DNA of 64,000 bases from assembly GCF_963921235.1 (NCBI RefSeq), contig NC_086108.1:114702001-114766000 (forward strand), written 5' to 3'. How positions within the stretch are numbered: the first letter of the stretch is position 1; each line of letters begins with the position of its first letter. This document shows, piece by piece, positions 59,832 to 64,000 of the stretch. The translations under genes and the position numbers were made by a program. The notes under the pieces are model-generated. The model was not told the DNA's origin. It did no database searches and saw nothing but the letters and a program-made list of their open reading frames with translations. The DNA is from Mobula hypostoma (Eukaryota).

Positions 59832-62140
59832 ATCACTGTGTGGTGTGACTGTGGCGGTGTGACGATGGTGTGACCGTGTGGTGTGACTGTGGTGATATCA
59901 CTGTGTGGTGTGACCGTGTGGTGTGACTGTGGTGATATCACTGTGTGGTGTGACCGTGTGGTGTGACTATGGTGATATCACTGTGTGGTGTGACTGTGGT
60001 GATATCACCATGTGGTGTGACTATGGTGATATGACCGTGTGGTGTGACTATGGTGATATCACCGTGTGGTGTGACTATGGTGATGTGACCGTGTGGTGTG
60101 ACTATGGTGATATCACCGTGTGGCGTGACTGTGGTGATATGACCGTGTGGTGTGACTGTGGCAGTATCACTGTGTGGTGTGACTGTGGTGATACGACCGT
60201 GTGGTGTGACTGTAGTCATATCACTGTGTGGTGTGACTGTAGTGATATCACCGTGTGGTGTGACTGTGGTGATACGACTGTGTGGTGTGACTATGGTGAT
60301 ATCACCGTGTGGTGTGACTATGGTGATGTGACCGTGTGGTGTGACTGTGGTGATATCACTGTGTGGTGTGACTGTAGTGATATCACCGTGTGGTGTGACT
60401 GTGGTGATACGACTGTGTGGTGTGACCAAGGTGATATCACCGTGTGGTGTGACTATGGTGATATGACCGTGTGGTGTGACTATGGTGATATGACTGTCTG
60501 GTGTGACTGTGGTGATATGACTGTGTGATGTGACTGTGGTGATATCACCGTGTGGTGTGACTGTGGTGATATCACCGTGTGGTGTGACTGTGGTGATACG
60601 ACTGTGTGGTGTGACCAAGGTGATATCACCGTGTGGTGTGACTATGGTGATATGACCGTGTGGTGTGACTATGGTGATATGACTGTCTGGTGTGACTGTG
60701 GTGATATCACCGTGTGGTGTGACTGTGGTGATATGACTGTGTGGTGTGACTGTGGCAGTATCACTGTGTGGTGTGACTGTGGTGATACGACTGTGTGGTG
60801 TGACTGTGGTGATATGACTGTGTGGTGTGACCAAGGTGATATCACCGTGTGGTGTGACTGTGGTGATATCACCGTGTGGTGTGACCAAGGTGATATCACC
60901 GTGTGGTGTGACTATGGTGATATGACCGTGTGGTGTGACTATGGTGATATGACTGTCTGGTGTGACTGTGGTGATATGACTGTGTGATGTGACTGTGGTG
61001 ATATCACCGTGTGGTGTGACTGTGGTGATACGACCGTGTGGTGTGACTGTGGTGATATCACTGTGTGGTGTGACTGTAGTGATATCACCATGTGGTGTGA
61101 CTGTGGTGATATCACTGTGTGGTGTGACTGTAGTGATATCACCGTGTGGTGTGACTGTGGTGATACGACTGTGTGGTGTGACTATGGTGATATCACCGTG
61201 TGGTGTGACTATGGTGATATGACCGTGTGGTGTGACTATGGTGATATCACTGTGGTGTGTGACTGTGGTGATATGACTGTCTGGTGTGACTATGGTGATA
61301 TGACCGTGTGGTGTGACTGTGGTGATATCACCGTGTGGTGTGACTGTGGTGATATGACCGTGTGGTGTGACTGTGGTGATATCACCGTGTGGTGTGACTG
61401 TGGCAGTGTGACTGTGTGGTGTGACTGTAGTGATATCACCGTGTGGTGTGACTGTGGTGATACGACCGTGTGGTGTGACTGTGGCAGTGTGACTGTGTGG
61501 TGTGACTGTAGTGATATCACCGTGTGGTGTGACTGTGGTGATACGACCGTGTGGTGTGACTGTGTGATATCACTGTGGTGTGTGACTGTGGTGATATGAC
61601 TGTCTGTGTGACTGTGGTGATATGACTGTGTGGTGTGACTGTGGTGATATCACCGTGTGGTGTGACTGTGGCAGTGTGACTGTGGTGATACGACCGTGTG
61701 GTGTGACTGTGTGATATCACTGTGTGGTGTGACTGTGGCAGTGTGACTGTGGTGATACGACCGTGTGGTGTGACTGTGTGATATCACTGTGGTGTGTGAC
61801 TGTGGTGATATGACTGTGTGGTGTGACTGTGGTGATATGACCGTGTGGTGTGACTGTGGCAGTGTGACTGTGGTGATACGACCGTGTGGTGTGACTGTGT
61901 GATATCACTGTGGTGTGTGACTGTGGTGATATGACTGTCTGGTGTGACTGTGGTGATATGACTGTGTGGTGTGACTGTGGTGATATCACCGTGTGGTGTG
62001 ACTGTGGTGATATGACCATGTGGTGTGACTGTGGTGATACGACCGTGTGGTGTGACTGTGTGATATCACTGTGGTGTGTGACTGTGGTGATATGACTGTC
62101 TGGTGTGACTGTGGCAGTGTGACTATGATTGTATGACTAT
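59832..62140. repeat. 27-bp minisatellite, roughly 85 copies, in TNNI3K intron 7
   Basis: Unit cgtgtggtgtgactgtggtgatatcac (9-codon periodicity WCDCGDITV in the ORF track) with variants gatatgac, gatacgac, actatgg, accaagg and ggcagt. Confidence 0.97.
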
Positions 62141-62699
62141 AGTGAGCTACACAGATGTTTTGCTCTCCCCCTCTGCTGCGCTTTCTGTCTACAAATCTGT
62201 CTTTGTGTTCATTGATTTGCTCTCCATGCCCTCTGTGGTGGAGAATTTCACAGGTTCACCTCTCTCTGAAACCCACCTTTCTCCCCACCCACATATCACA
62301 ATTTACGGCTAACATGAAGGTAGAAACCATCCCTTCACACCGATCCAAGCCGCACCTCAAGTGAGCCATCAGTACTCATACCAACCCTGTTCCCCAACAC
62401 TGGTCATGACTGATATATTAAATACACAACAGTAACCAGCTGTGTCTTCGTGATTCAAGTCCCGTGGGGAGTCAAGTGCTCGTGCAGATACTTGTTCAAT
62501 ATTGTGAGGGTCTCTGCCCCAACCTTCCCCTCAAGCTGTCAGTTTCAGATTCCACCCTCCCTCTCGGTATCCTGCTCCAACTACCCTCCCCCAACCCCAC
62601 TGAAACACCTAGCCTTTTCCCCTAACCTCTGCCCTCTGCTGTCTGCTTATAGCTGCCTCTCCAGTGGGGAAACATTTCTCACAGTCTCTCCATGTATGC

Positions 62700-63470
62700 T
62701 CCTTAGTTATAGAGTCTTTCAGTACTCCAGCACAGAAAAGGCCATCAGCCCATCTAGTCTGTGCTGACCTGTTATTCTGCCTAGACTCATCGACCTGCAC
62801 CTGGACCATAGCCCTCTGTTCCCCTCTCATCCATGTATCTATCCGAACTTTTCTTAAATGTTGAAATCAAACTTGTGTCCCCCATTTCTGTTGGCAGCTT
62901 GTTCACCAATCTCACCACCCTCTGAGTCAAGCAGTTGTCCTTCAGGTTCCCCTTAAACATTTCTCCTTTCACTCTTAACCTGTGACCTCTATTTCTCACC
63001 TCACCCAACCTCAGTGGAAAAAGCCTGCTTACATTTACCGTATCTACACCCCTCATAATTCTGTTTCCCTCTTCCAAATCTCTCCTCAATCTTCTACATT
63101 CTAGGGAATAAAGCCCAATTGTTCAACCTTTCCTTATAACTCAGGTCCTCAAGTCTTGGTACCATCCTTGTAAATTTTCTCTGCACTCTTTCAATCTTAC
63201 TTACATATTTCTTGTAGGTAGGTGACTAAAATTGCACACAATACTCCAACTTGGCCCTCAGCAACATCTTGTACAATTTCAACATCATATTCCACTTCTT
63301 GTACTCAATACATGGATTTAAAACCTTTCTTTACCCATCACACTACTTTCAAGAATCTCTCTGTTCTACTGCACTTCTCAGTGCCTTACTACTTACTGTG
63401 TAAGACGTACCCTGGTTTGTCCACCCAAAGGGCAACATTTACCTTGCACTTTTCTGCATTAAATTCCATC
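62700..63470 (-). mobile_element. Degenerate CR1 3' fragment
   Basis: ORF 62787-63089 (LFPLRLGEVRNRGHRLRVKG...TQRVVRL). Confidence 0.75.
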
Positions 63471-64000
63471 TGTGACGGGGTCCTGAATTACCCCTATGAA
63501 CTGTGCTCGATTACCCCTATGAGCTGTGCTTTTGAAAAGAGAGAGAGAGATATTTAACACTGACATCTTGTTTTTAAGAGAGAGAGAGAGGCGAAGAATG
63601 CTCACAGTATGTTTACATTTTTACAAGGATGCTGCCTGCTTGGAAATCCTTACAGACAGAGAAGGGAGGAGCTGTTTGAGAGACACTTGGTATTCAGCAT
63701 GGGGAGATAAATAGAAGGTCAGATGATAGACCTCAGACACATGGTTTTGGACACCGAATGAGCTTGTTGTGCCTACAGAAAAAGTGGATTTTGGAGGATC
63801 AATCAGGTAGATCCATCAGTGGCTCTCGCAGTGTGAACAGGGTGTGACCGGTGGGGAGTTGTTAGTTCCACCACAGAAGAACGGTCCCCTTTGTCGTGGT
63901 CACAGTCGGTGACTTCTAAAGGATTTCGGAGGACAATGGGAAAATTGACGGCGTCAGCTCACCTGAAGACTCAAATCTCTCCTTCTCTCTCTCGCCATCA
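63471..64000 (+). mobile_element. Probable LTR (5' end), cut off by the window edge
   Basis: Abrupt TGTGACGG start interrupting CR1 text (ttaaattccatc|tg); internal duplicated attacccctatga(a/g)ctgtgct and (ga)n tracts; 3' CA end not visible. Confidence 0.55.

Noticed and set aside
59923..62095. Cys-rich (WCDCGDITV)n and His/Thr-rich ORFs that look like metal-binding or mucin-like proteins
   Set aside because: They are translations of a 27-bp minisatellite; no splice signals or unique coding sequence; frames break where unit length changes.

Overview
Vertebrate genomic DNA, most likely a cartilaginous fish (shark or ray), judged from the dense CR1, Rex1/Babar, Penelope and V-SINE repeats; the species cannot be fixed from this window. 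The only host gene is TNNI3K (cardiac ankyrin-repeat kinase) on the + strand. Coding exons 1-7 lie at 8912-8951, 36925-37033, 38293-38378, 45045-45142, 46818-46928, 48474-48572 and 57944-58082. They splice GT-AG into one open frame ([23 protein letters not shown]...ASSAD), and the gene continues beyond the window. A compact MCAT/MEF2/GATA/E-box cluster sits 105-150 bp upstream of the ATG, next to a G-rich ~48-bp minisatellite. Almost everything else is transposon-derived and deeply nested: several CR1 families, an L1, Rex1/Babar, an RTE with a 5' inversion, an I-group (Nimb-like) LINE inside a Tc1 transposon, three PIF/Harbinger MITEs, LTR fragments and a 27-bp minisatellite. Most notable: (1) three fold-back Penelope-like (GIY-YIG) insertions with 14-16 bp TSDs, each arm carrying a minimal type I hammerhead ribozyme motif; (2) in one of them, 7.5 tandem copies of a 35-nt element segment exactly at the inversion junction, suggesting reiterative reverse transcription; (3) two CR1 copies that share the ORF1 end but carry different ORF2s; (4) a deletion-made RNase H/Tc1-transposase fusion ORF. 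All calls come from manual reading without database searches. Family names and element boundaries are approximate unless a TSD is quoted.
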